A stretch of DNA of 63,134 nt, filler included, from Reticulomyxa filosa (Eukaryota > Protista > Foraminifera), in the NCBI GenBank assembly GCA_000512085.1. It is 19 parts of 19 records of this genome, joined end to end, with 100 filler letters (N's around TTAATTAATTAA, not from the genome) between each part and the next. Parts side by side here need not be neighbours in the genome. Positions count along the whole stretch, not along the records: positions 1 to 6,897 come from ASPP01008752.1; positions 6,998 to 10,740 come from ASPP01005481.1; positions 10,841 to 12,892 come from ASPP01028662.1; 16 more parts are not named here. One strand, 5' to 3'. Shown piece by piece: positions 1 to 11,191 of this stretch; position 1 is the stretch's first letter; each line of letters opens with the position of its first letter. A model generated the notes under the pieces. That model saw nothing but the letters and a program-made list of their open reading frames with translations, made no database searches and was not told the origin of the DNA. Position numbers and translations under genes: made by a program.

Positions 1-1252
1 TCCAAAATAACCCTTCGAAGGGTCGTCAATCAGGGCTCCAAGGCTTTGTTGGTCACTGTTGGCTTTGCCGTCACCATGTTCATTGGCGGAGCGAGAGCAC
101 AAATGTTCCCTTTTGCTAATGTCGTTTGCTTTGGCTTTTGGGACTCGTTTGCTGATTATCTCATTTCGGATGGGCCCAATCAATAACTTCACATTCAATC
201 GTTTTCACACTTTTCACTTGGCTTTTGCTTTTCATTCTCATTTTTTACTTTTGCTTTTTGTTTTTGTCTCTTGCACTTCCTTTGCTGCAATACACACAAA
301 CATCAATATATTCAACAAAGCACATATTACAAGTGCGTCTTCACGCTATTATAACCTGTCGCAAATAGCTCTCTTTTGGCTTACTTTTTCGCAAAAGGCA
401 GCTCGCACAACTTTTTTTGCTTTTTTTGTATGAACACACTCTCTATATGATTTTTTCACAAAACCAGTTTTTATAAATATTTTCTGTAAGAATTAAAAAC
501 AAATTTCCAAATACAATTTTTTTTCAATTAAAAAAATAAAACAGTCGGATAGGGAAAAACTTTTCACTTCCAGAACAAATTGTATATCCATTTCCATCAT
601 ATTATTACTTTTATTCTCGTTGTTGAGTTTTTTTCCTCAAGTTCGCTGGATCTGATGAGTATATTATCGTTTGACACGTTCAGAAATTTGTGTTATTAAT
701 AATGATAATGAATTATATAAATATTATTTTGATAGAGACAAAATAATAATAATAGCAATATTGGAAGTAAGCATTCTGGAAAATCAATTGATGAAAATTT
801 GTGATAATTAATTGAAGTTTCATATTAAAAACAAATATAATTAAATTGTAGATATATGATTAATTTATTGTATATATGATGTATATCATAGGAAAAAATA
901 AATATAATTTATCAACTAAAGATAATATTAATATAAATTTTTTATTTCAATATGCTGTTATATAATAAAAACAAGAAAAGAGAAAATGGTAGAATTTATC
1001 TTATATGAAATGATATATAAAATTTAAAACATTATGATTATATTATTTATGCAAATATTTTATATAATATACCAACATAATTTTCATTTATATATTTCAC
1101 AATAAACTTGAATTATAAAAAAGTACTTGATTGCACTTTTTTTTCCAAACATATTTCATTGAATATTTATAGATAAATTTGGTAATAACAATTGTTATTT
1201 TTAAGATTTTAACAAAATATTTTAATTTTACTTTACTTCTTCAAAATTTATT

Positions 1253-2458
1253 TCATTTACTATATTTGATAATAATTTTATCAAAATCATCAATCCATCC
1301 TAATTTATTTTTAAAGTTTGAATCCAATATTGAATAATATATTTTATTTCATTTTTTGACTGTTTATTATTTATTATTTTATACAATACTATTTATGTTT
1401 CATCAAAATAAATAAAATAAACAAATAATTACCAACTGTGAATAATCCCATATACGCATTTTTGTCTTCATGTGAGTTGATACTGTTGTCCATTTATCAT
1501 TTTTTCCTCCTATGATGTGTATATTATTGTCTTCTTCATCCAATAATGCAACGCAATCATTCAATGGACTGGGTAAAGTATTTTCAAATGTAATCCATTT
1601 ATTTTCTCGAATTGAATACTTATGTACTAATTTTGAAACAGTAATATTATTAATATTCCATCCACCAAAGAACAAGATAACATCATTGATACATACATAT
1701 GCATACGCAAATAATGATGCGATATTATCACAAACAGGTAGTTGATGGAATTGAAAAATATTGTTATCTTCATCATATTCAATTGATAATCCTGCCCTGT
1801 CACAAAATAATAGCATTTGATAATTTTGTTTATTTGTTTTCATCATTTCTTGTTCTTGTACATTTTCTAATTTTGATACAAAGCAATGATAAAAAGTACC
1901 ATTAGTTAGTAAAGTATCATGTTTAATAAATTGAAATGTATTTAAATCAAACACGCTAATATTCTTTGATCTATAAGTAATAAATAATAAATGATTGTTA
2001 CTTCCACCAATCAATGCACGTACTCCTCGATAATCGTCATTATCTCTTCCAATGATAATTGAATGATTGTGGTTGTCTGTGAAAGGTATCCATTGATTGT
2101 AATTATTGAATTCATTTGATTTATTTAATTTGTTTGATATAGCTAATATATTACTCCAAACACTTATATATTTCATCACTAATGTATGTTTATTTTTTCC
2201 ATCACGAGAAGATCCAAAAGACAATAAAGTGATTTCATTATTGTTATCTACTAGTTTCACTACACAATGTCCATCTAATGCAACTGTACTTGGATAATCA
2301 CAGATAAATTTATACTTGTTTTTGATTTTATGATAAGAATAACAAGCTCTTTGTTCACAACTTCCACAAATGAGGAGTTCGTATTTGTGTAGCACACACT
2401 GAGCTTCATCAAGTGGAATGGGCAATTTCTTCAAAGTTTGAAAGATTTGATTGCTCAT
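1253..2458 (-). CDS. Kelch-type beta-propeller protein ending in the LGW-motif exon (frameshift in exon 2; possible pseudogene)
   Basis: Kelch-like blades (LLICG, LIGG, LFFGG..VHKYSI..NKW, IHIIGG). GT-AG intron 1432-1360. Exon 2 reads SKNEIKYIIQYWIQTLKI, then a 1-nt loss in an A-run, then LGWIDDFDKIIIKYSK*. Confidence 0.8.
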
Positions 2459-3344
2459 ATTGTTAAGATTGAGGAAATATGAAGTAATTTAGATTTTTTT
2501 TAAGAGCAAAGTACATGAAAAAAAAAGTGTACAGTTTGACTAAGGAAAATAAAAGTTATTATTTTTTTATCACAATGGTATGATTATAGTGACAAAACTA
2601 TTTTTGGAAAAAGGATGCAAGAATATATTATAATAAATTGTCAAATTCAAAGATTTTTTACACTTTTCAAAATAAAGCAAGGTCAACTCTTTTTTTTTAA
2701 AAAATTCGATACTAAAATTTTGATAAGCATCCATTAGATATAAATTGCAATTCCAATTTAATTGATTATAATATCTTCATTCAATCATATTATTTTATTT
2801 TAAATATGTATATTAATTAATTGACAGCATTTCGCTTTTGCAAAATAATACAAAATTTGTTTCTCTCCAAAAAAAAAAGACTTTCGGAGTTGACAGATAA
2901 TTAAATGGTTTAAAACAATCATATGTAAACCAAAATTTATTATTGTAATAACCAGAAATTGAAAAGATTGTCCTTTGTTATGCATTCATTACTATTTCAA
3001 TGAATATTTTACTTTGCAGAGAGAGTTCCTCTTGTTTTTTTTTTTTGAAGATTTTTTTTTTTTGCATATAGGAACAATTCTGAAATTTGGATAATCCAAT
3101 ACAATACTTAATTATTGAATTGAAGTTTGTTGCTTGAATTTTTTATTCATGTAATTTGTATTTATATGACAATATATTTAAATCACATCAAATAAGAACT
3201 AGTTAAACATTTTTTTATTATATTTTATTATTAGGATTAAAAATATACTTACAACAAAGTTAATATTTTATCTTTCAAAACTTTATAGTTGATCCCTTTT
3301 TTTTTTTTTTGGAAAAGTTAAAATACTTCAGCAACATCAACAAC

Positions 3345-5535
3345 ATGATAACCAAAATACAATACAAAAATTTCCTGAAAGACAAACTAAACAAATTCAG
3401 CATCTTATTACTGTCTTTCAAACTTTGAAAGAGTTGCCCACTCTACTTGATCGAGCTCAATGTGTGCTACACAAACACGAACTCCTCATTTGTGGGGGTT
3501 TTTATCAAAAAGCTTGTTATTCTTATCATACAATTAAAAACGAATACAAGTTTATCTGTGAGTATCCAAGTGATATTATATTAGATGGACACTGTGTAGT
3601 GAAACTGGTAGATAATAACAACAAAGACAAAAATCAAATCACATTGTTGTCTTTTGGATCTTCTTCGTTTGTGAAAAAAAAAACATACATTGATGATGAA
3701 ATATGTAAGTGTTTGGAATAATATATTAGATATATCAAATAAATCAAATGAATTCAACAATTATAATAAATGGATTCCTTTCATAGATAATCATAATCAT
3801 CCAATTATCATTGGAAGAGATAATGATGATTATACTGGAATGCGTGCATTGATTGGTGGAAGCAACAACCATTTGTTATTTATTACTTATTGGAAAAATA
3901 ATATTAGTGTGTTTGATTTACATAAATTTCGATTTATTAAACATTGTACTTTACCGGCTAATAATGAAATATGGTATCATTGCTTTATATCAAATTCAGA
4001 ACATGGACAAGGACAAGAAATGATGAAAATAAATAAACAAAATTATCAAATGCTATTATTTTGTGGCAAGACAGGATTATCAATTGAATATAATGAAAAT
4101 AACAACACTTTTCAATTTCGTCAACTGTCTGTTTGCAAGGATATTGCAACATTAATTTCATATGCATATGTATACATCAATGGCGTCATCTTGTTCTTTG
4201 GTGGATGGGATGTTAATGACAGTGTTGTTTCAAAATCAGTGTACAAGTATTCAATTCGAAAAAAAAAGTGGAATAATTTAAAAATATATTGCCTGCTCGA
4301 TTGTATGACTGTCCTGGAATATTGAATGAAGATAACAGTTATATATATATCATTGGAGGACATAATACATCGACAAACATGAAAATAAGATTGAGTGAAT
4401 TGATAGATCATATGCAGGTAAGCTTTCTTTTGTAATTAAACATCAATATAAACTTTATTATATAAAATTGATTTAAAAACAATTAACAGACAAAAAACGA
4501 AATAAAATTTATTATTCAACATTGGATTCGAATTTTAAAGATAAGATTAGGATGGATTGATGATTTTAATAAAATTATTACCAAATATGTTAAGTAATGT
4601 TTTTTTAATATATAAATGATTATTAATTATGTAATTCACATTTTTTTAAATAGGTAAGAGGTTTTGAATCATTAATGATTTTACGAGGACATGACAATAC
4701 AGTAAACAGTGTACAATTTTCTGCAGATAGTTGCAAGATTGTTTCGGCATCATATGATTGCACTGTTCGAATATGGGATGTTGTATCAGGAAAACAACTT
4801 CAAATTTTCATAGGACATACTGATCGAGTATTTTCTGCAAGATTTTCGCCAGATGGAAACACTATTGTTTCATGTTCAGGTGATAAAACAATTCGATTAT
4901 GGAATATTAATACAGGAAATGAAGTAATGAAATTAAGAAATGATTCAAATAAAATACTTGATGTAGAATTTTCTCCAGATGGAAGATATATTGTGTCAGA
5001 TTTGAAAGATAATACAATACAATTATGGGATTTATATTCTGGAATGGAGATAACAAAATTATTAGGACATTCAAGAGATGTTGTAAGTACACGATTTTCA
5101 TCAAATGGTAAAATGATTGTGTCATCAAATGATAAAATAATTAATTTGTGGGATGTAGAATCTGGTGAAAGATTAAAACAATTTAAAGGACATTCCAGTC
5201 GTGTAATGCGTGCAAAATTTTCTCCAGATGATAAATTTATTATTTCCTGTTCATTGGATGCTACAATTCGAATATGGAATATTGAAACAGGAATAGAATG
5301 GAATATATTGAAAGAACATTCACACCATGTGAATGATATAAAATATTTTCCAGATGGTCAAACAATTGTGTCGTGTTCAAGTGACAATACAATTCGATTA
5401 TGGAATGTAGAATTAGTGAAGAGAATACAAATATTGGAAGGACATTCTCAAGCTGTTAGATGTGTGGATATTACTCGAAATGGAAATACAATTGCATCAG
5501 GTTCTACAGATTGTACAATTCGAATTTGGAAATGA
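3345..5535 (+). pseudogene. Kelch + LGW exon + WD40 fusion gene with three frameshifts in the Kelch exon
   Basis: Kelch exon 3345-4417 is paralogous to 1433-2458, with shifts just after the ATG, at the A-run ~3675-3683 and at ~4275. Intron 4418-4489; exon 4490-4588 (33 codons); intron 4589-4653; exon 4654-5535 in frame with a 7-repeat WD40 ORF. Confidence 0.75.
4654..5535 (+). CDS. Seven-bladed WD40 exon (GH...FSPDG...IVS.S.D.TIR.W type)
   Basis: Seven GH-WD-like repeats in an intact ORF; preceded by an AG acceptor at 4652-4653. Confidence 0.9.
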   Translation, partial: VRGFESLMILRGHDNTVNSVQFSADSCKIVSASYDCTVRIWDVVSGKQLQIFIGHTDRVFSARFSPDGNTIVSCSGDKTIRLWNINTGNEVMKLRNDSNKILDVEFSPDGRYIVSDLKDNTIQLWDLYSGMEITKLLGHSRDVVSTRFSSNGKMIVSSNDKIINLWDVESGERLKQFKGHSSRVMRAKFSPDDKFIISCSLDATIRIWNIETGIEWNILKEHSHHVNDIKYFPDGQTIVSCSSDNTIRLWNVELVKRIQILEGHSQAVRCVDITRNGNTIASGSTDCTIRIWK

Positions 5536-6785
5536 CTAAAATGCATAAAAAATGAATAAAATTTTTTGAATGAAACTCAAGTTCACTTTTTGCCATATAA
5601 AGTTATCAGATTGAGAATCACTTTGTGGAATAGACTTATTTTAAAAGATAATTATTAAAATTGTTTTCATTGAATATTGTTACTAAAATTCGTAGTATTG
5701 TTTAATTTAGTTTTTGAATTTGCTTTTTTTATTAACAAATTAAATAGAACTTTTCAAATAAATGCAAGAGGTACAACATATGTATATGATTTCTATGCAT
5801 CCACAAAATTATTTTTACTTTAGCTCTTTTCAATAAAGATATACAAGTCAAATACTAAAAAAGCAACCTTTTTTTGAGTGTACGGTTTTTTTTGCAAATT
5901 ACTGTATCTTGATTTTTTAAAAAAAATTGAAAAAGTTGCGTCCAATGTTTTTTAAAGAATTCAAAAGCATAATAAATGAAAATTGTATTTAAATAGCAAA
6001 TAAATTGCAAGATATTTTGAGTATTGTATTTTTTCATCGCAGATCAATATTATTTTTTTTATGTCTATTTGCTATTGTTTTTTGTATAATATCGAACACT
6101 TAAAACAGTATGAAGAATATTTAATTTTTTAATGACAAAACAAAAAGTCATAACAATATTTAAAACAAATACTAAATGAACTAATATTTGTAACAGATTC
6201 TCTTCATGAGGAAAAGGAATACTTAAAGAAGTACATTTATGTTTATAGGTTTATGGAAAAATATTTGCTTTATTTAATTAATGAAATTTTTCCTGTTATT
6301 GAAAAACGATTTTATTCCAAAATAAAAGTAGTCTTTTAATTTTACCTTGTCTTTTAAGTCTTAGTTCGTTATGTTAGAACACTTGATTTGTGTTGTTGGA
6401 GTCATTGGGATTTAGAAGTTCCACTCCGATGTCAGCATCAGCAACAAAGAAAAATCGAATAATGTGTGTTGGTTTTTTTCCCAAAAAAAAAGTTGTATTT
6501 AAAAAGGGACAACACGAAACTTTATTTTTATAAAGTGGTTAACATTATTGGACAGCTATTTATTTTTAATTTTCTAAGAAAGCAAATGAAAACTACAGCA
6601 AAAATTTAATCCCTTGCATTTTTTTGAAACGAAGATTTGAATAGTTTGTTCAACTCTGTTGCTTGTTCTTTCAAGTAGTCCTTCAAATGTTCTTCAAAGA
6701 GAAGATTTAAAAATAAATAACTCAATTTTTCTTTTTTAATTTTTTTTAACGAAATTGCGGAAATAAGCAATTATTGTCAACAGAG

Positions 6786-6897
6786 TGTAGGAAGATTGAA
6801 GTAGCACCAAGTGTAATAAGAAAGTAATTACTGAAAGGTGTTTTCAAAAAGCAAAAAGTAGTTAATAATCAAGATAAACAACTCACTGACAAGAAAT
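6786..6897 (-). mobile_element. Solo-LTR-like repeat, copy A (truncated by contig end)
   Basis: Plus strand TGTAGGAAG...AAGTGTAATA matches the end of the copy at 11001. Confidence 0.5.
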
Positions 6898-6997
6898 NNN
6901 NNNNNNNNNNNNNNNNNNNNNNNNNNNNNNNNNNNNNNNNNTTAATTAATTAANNNNNNNNNNNNNNNNNNNNNNNNNNNNNNNNNNNNNNNNNNNN
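6898..6997. other. Artificial contig linker N44-TTAATTAATTAA-N44 (first of 18)
   Basis: Identical 100-nt linkers with stops in all six frames also start at 10741, 12893, 16588, 17907, 19919, 25354, 27460, 30101, 32161, 35597, 43473, 47029, 50912, 53628, 55947, 57541 and 59232. Confidence 0.98.
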
Positions 6998-7050
6998 TAT
7001 TTTGGTCTAGATGCTTAAACTTCTTTTGTTTGCATTTTGGGATATAGTCA

Positions 7051-7259
7051 TTTGGGAAGTCTGCTGAAGAGACAAATACGAAAAGTTTTTACTCAAAAAG
7101 AGATCTGTTTTCGACAAAACAAAAGTAAATGGAAGATGAATAACACAATAAAAGAAAGAAAGCAAACAAAGAGAAGAAAAGTTGGTGGAGAAGTTTAACC
7201 CACTGGGGTTCCTCAACTCTTTCAGAGTTAAGTAATCTGTAGTATGGACTTGCCCTACA
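7051..7259 (-). mobile_element. Solo-LTR-like repeat, copy B
   Basis: Minus strand starts TGTAGGGCAAGTCC, contains GAGGAACCCCAGTGGGTTAAACTTC and ends CAGCAGACTTCCCAAA. Direct repeat GTCA flanks it at 7047-7050 and 7260-7263. Confidence 0.7.
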
Positions 7260-7506
7260 GTCAGTGGCTCAAAATCATTGTAGTGTGAAAGATGAAGCAT
7301 GTGGTAGTCTGACACCTTCACAGCCCTCCCAGTGCAAAAGCTTAAAAAAGAGCTTTGTATATTTTTGTAATGATTTGCAGCTTGTATGGAATACATAAAA
7401 CTTTGTTAAAATTTTTATTGCAAATAAAATAAAGAAAAAGGTAATACTAAAAATGAAGATAGTCATTAAAAAGACCAATACAATATTGTATCAAGAATTT
7501 TGTGCG

Positions 7507-8050
7507 TCACAAAAAAGCACAAACAAAAAAAAATTTAGGCGACACGCTTACCACGAAAGACAGTGTCATTTGAGTCTTGAAATGAGGTTTGCGATTCGTT
7601 GCCGTCATTGCTTTTTCGTCACCTTTATTATTGCGTATAGCACAATTGGTGCCATTGCTATCCGCGTCTTGGTGATGTTGCTGTTGATGATTTGAGACAT
7701 TGACGTCGCTACTGCAATCATACACGCTTGACTTGGTTTGATCATTGAAATTGGACAAAGTTTGCACTTGTGCAAAGTTCTTTGTTTTCGGATGTTTATT
7801 GGAATGAGTGGATTGTTGGCAAGACAGCGGCTGGTCCTGTAAGAAAAGTGGATTTGTATCTGCACAATACTGAGCAGGAGGCGTATCAAATATTTGAGAC
7901 GTTCTGGAGTTGAGGCATGGCCCACCTCCCCATGACAGATGTCGAACTTGTTTTGACCATCTTGCATTATCATTATTATTTTTATTTTTATTTTTTTTTT
8001 TTTTATCATCTTTATTTTTATCTTTATTTTTATTTTTACTTTTACTTTTA

Positions 8051-8087
<37 letters not shown>

Positions 8088-8504
8088 CATTATTATTGTT
8101 ATTGTTATTATTATTACTGTAAAATGGCTTTGAACAGTTTTGAAGATTTGCTTGTGTCCTCTTGCTTTGAGAGGATCTGATCTCATGTTTTGTTTCTCCT
8201 TTTCTTGATATCTTGATATTGCTCGACTTTTTCAAAGCAACAGTAGGCGGACTTGTTGAGCTGCTGTCGCTAGTATCACTGTCACTATTGCTGCTATTGC
8301 TTTGACTAGGTGCCGGACATTTCCAAAAAATAGACACCAAGTTCTGGTACGAAAGAAGGAACGTTTCCAATTTGTCATATTTTTCTTTCCATTGTCGTGT
8401 CTCCTCTTTTAATTTGCGGCTTTCCTTTTTCATTTTGTTATATTTTTTTGACATTTGTTGCATTCTTTGCTTCAACTCCTCCAACTCTGATCCTGTCTCT
8501 ACTA

Positions 8505-8537
<33 letters not shown>

Positions 8538-8757
8538 GTCCTTCTTCTTTTTCTTCATCATCTTCTTCTTTTTCGTCTCTTACTGTCTCTGTCTCTTTGC
8601 TGTCGTTAAGTACTTGCGCTGGCTCTGTTTCCTCCCCGGCGTGGCGCTCTTCACTTGTTCCAGTTTCATGATTTTGCTCAACTATATAAAACTGGCTTGG
8701 ATATGACATCCATGGTAATGTTGTGACAATTGGGACTGAAGAGTGGGGTCCATGCAT
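7507..8757 (-). CDS. Hypothetical low-complexity protein (acidic tract, coiled coil, poly-N and KN repeats)
   Basis: 416-aa ORF with a plausible coiled coil (ELEELKQRMQQ...YDKLETFL). No domain recognised; ends uncertain. Confidence 0.55.
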
Positions 8758-9059
8758 ACCGTCGCTTTGTCCAAGTCAACCCTGGTTTTTTTAATTTGCA
8801 AAAAAAACGGAGTACCACGTAAAAAAAAAATATTGGCAAAATTTGAAGTGTGGAAATATTGCAACAATTGAATGAAGTTTGCTTCAAGAGAAGACTCAAT
8901 ATCATAACAAAATGAACATTTTTTCCAAAAAATATTTTAGAGGAAGATAAAAAAGAGACAATATCTTAGTTTAAGGAATTGAATTTGAGAATTATTTTTT
9001 TTTTTAACTAATAGAAGTATCATCTTATTTTTAAAATGGAATACACGATAATATTGGAT

Positions 9060-10740
9060 CTATTGTGCCTCACAACTAACCCAATATGCGTCCAAAGTGT
9101 CGTGTTTTTTGAAATCAATGAGAACATTTTCACATTTTTCTTTAGTTTGAGGACAAGCTATAAGAGGAAAGGAGAGAGAAAAAAAGGAAGAAATTAAGCA
9201 AATAATAAACATATATAGCAAATGCAAGACATATAGAATAATAGACACCTAAAATGCAATTCGGGAGACACGCCCCCTCTAATTGAATGGCATGGTTTAA
9301 AGCCTTTCCAAAAATGTGAAATCGCAAGCAAGATCGACCCAAAATGCAACCTAAAGCGCGACCATGCGCAATTCCAATCCGAATTTGAATGTTGATTGGA
9401 GCAGAGAAGTTGTCAGATTGAAATATGTTTTGGATTCGGTGGCCTTTCAATTGCTTGTGTAGGCTGGCCACATTCAAAGCAAAGTTGATGACAGGTTCAG
9501 GAGGCCCTGCAAATGATACACAAATGTAGGCGTCCCTTTTTTTTTTTTTTTTTGTTTTATATGTTTTTTGAGTTTATTGAAAGAAGAAAAGCAATCAAAT
9601 AGGTGGAAGAGAAAAAAAAAAAAAAAAAAAAAGCTAAACCCAATTGTCTCAATCTTTTCAACATTGAATTGAGTGGCAAAAGCGTCATACTTTGCATACA
9701 GCAGATGCAAGAGGGACACAACAAAGGAAGGATCCAATTGGGAAGACAACTCGGTGAAGCCCATCAGATCGGACTGAAAGACGGTGGCAGATTCGAAGCA
9801 CTGCTTCAGCAAAGGATTTTGTTGTTCCAATGTCGACGTGCGTAAAAATTGCTTCGCAACGAACAATGGCACAATACCGACGTGGATTGCTCTCTTTCCT
9901 TTCTCGATTTCCCGATCGCTTCTTGAAATACAATATTCCGTCTCCATTCCTTTTCTTGCTTGTACCCAATTGTTATACTCACAAGCAGTACCAGCGTGTC
10001 GATTATGAATGTGGGGATATCCACTAGCATTATATATGTATATATGTATACGTATATATATATATATATAATTGTTTGGTGAGCCCCCCCTTATTTATTG
10101 GGGAAAATATATATATGTATATAAAAGCGAATAAAAATGAAAACTGGGATTGTATTGGAGATAAGTATGAGCGACAAAGCCGGCCAAAATAATAGAGGAA
10201 ATAGCCACTTCGAAAAAGCGAAACGGGAAGACGCTGAACGACAGAATATAAAAAATGTTAGCGATGAACCTAGAAAACGCGCGATGGGTTTGAGAGGTGA
10301 TATAACTGATGCCCAACACATGTGTCCAAAAAATGACATAAACGACGATCATGCAGCGATAGAACAATCGACCGATACTCTGTTGTTGCTGGCGATAGTG
10401 ATGGAACCGGGTAACGGAAAAACATAATTGCAACTGAACCATAAACGCCATGATCGCTTCCACAAGCAAAATCAACACCCAACGTGTTGCTATTTGTGGT
10501 ATTGGAGCAGGCGTCTGTCGGTAAACGTGATACTCGTGCATATCATCGTGCGGCATGTGTCTCCTTATCGTTATCACATTTAACAAAAGCAGTGCATTGA
10601 ACGCCAATCGCGATATCTGATAGTTATTGTAATTGCGCAGATGTTTTGTTATCAGCTTCGTTTCGTACATTTTCTCTAGCTTGAACTCTTTCGTCCTTTT
10701 TTTTTTTTTTTTTTTTTGCCCCCCCCCCCCCCCCCCCCCC
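9060..10740 (-). CDS. Membrane-bound class III nucleotidyl (adenylyl/guanylyl) cyclase, 5'-truncated
   Basis: Several TM segments, then TVFQSDLMGFTELS, KIETIG|DAY (intron 9639-9536), IRIGIAHG and RFHIFGKALNHAIQLEG. Intron 9248-9158; stop at 9060. One frame break near 9875. Confidence 0.88.
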
Positions 10741-11000
10741 NNNNNNNNNNNNNNNNNNNNNNNNNNNNNNNNNNNNNNNNNNNNTTAATTAATTAANNNN
10801 NNNNNNNNNNNNNNNNNNNNNNNNNNNNNNNNNNNNNNNNTAAATTTATTGTTCCACATTGAATCTTTGTATGGACAAAAAAATAACCTCAAATTAATAT
10901 TGACCGTAAACATTATTAGTACTTCCTTCAAAAATAGCATAAACAAAAGCGAATACTGGCACTCTGGCAAGAAAATTAACACACACACAAAAAAAGACAC

Positions 11001-11191
11001 TGTAGGAAGCTCAGGTACAGAAGTTGTAAGTGTAATACGACGACAAATACTTTTATTGAGAGCAGTCTCAATACAACAAAATTGATTTAAAGAAAGAATA
11101 CTTAACAACAAGAAAAGAAAAAAATGAAAATAATTGTGAAGGAGTTTAACTCTTTAAAGTTTGGCTATCTACAATAGGAACTTATCCTACA
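11001..11191 (-). mobile_element. Solo-LTR-like repeat, copy C
   Basis: Perfect 7-bp terminal inverted repeat TGTAGGA...TCCTACA. Shares TGTAGGATAAGTTCCTATT, GTTAAACT and TCGTATTACA blocks with the other copies; AATAAA on the minus strand. Confidence 0.65.

Noticed and set aside
1-433. Plus-strand 124-aa ORF
   Set aside because: It is probably the antisense of a truncated, disrupted Lys-rich minus-strand fragment; no product can be supported.
6942-6953. TTAATTAATTAA recurring 18 times as a possible biological repeat or array
   Set aside because: It is always centred in 44+44 Ns, so it is an artificial joining linker. ORFs containing X runs or ending LIN are artefacts.
7202-7334. Apparent multibranch RNA closed by CACTGGG/CCCAGTG
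   Set aside because: It straddles the boundary of solo-LTR copy B, and I found no ribozyme or tRNA core.
7605-8186. Poly-I, poly-L and poly-Y ORFs (also 32931-33912 and 39125-39469)
   Set aside because: These are alternate-frame or antisense readings of coding microsatellites.
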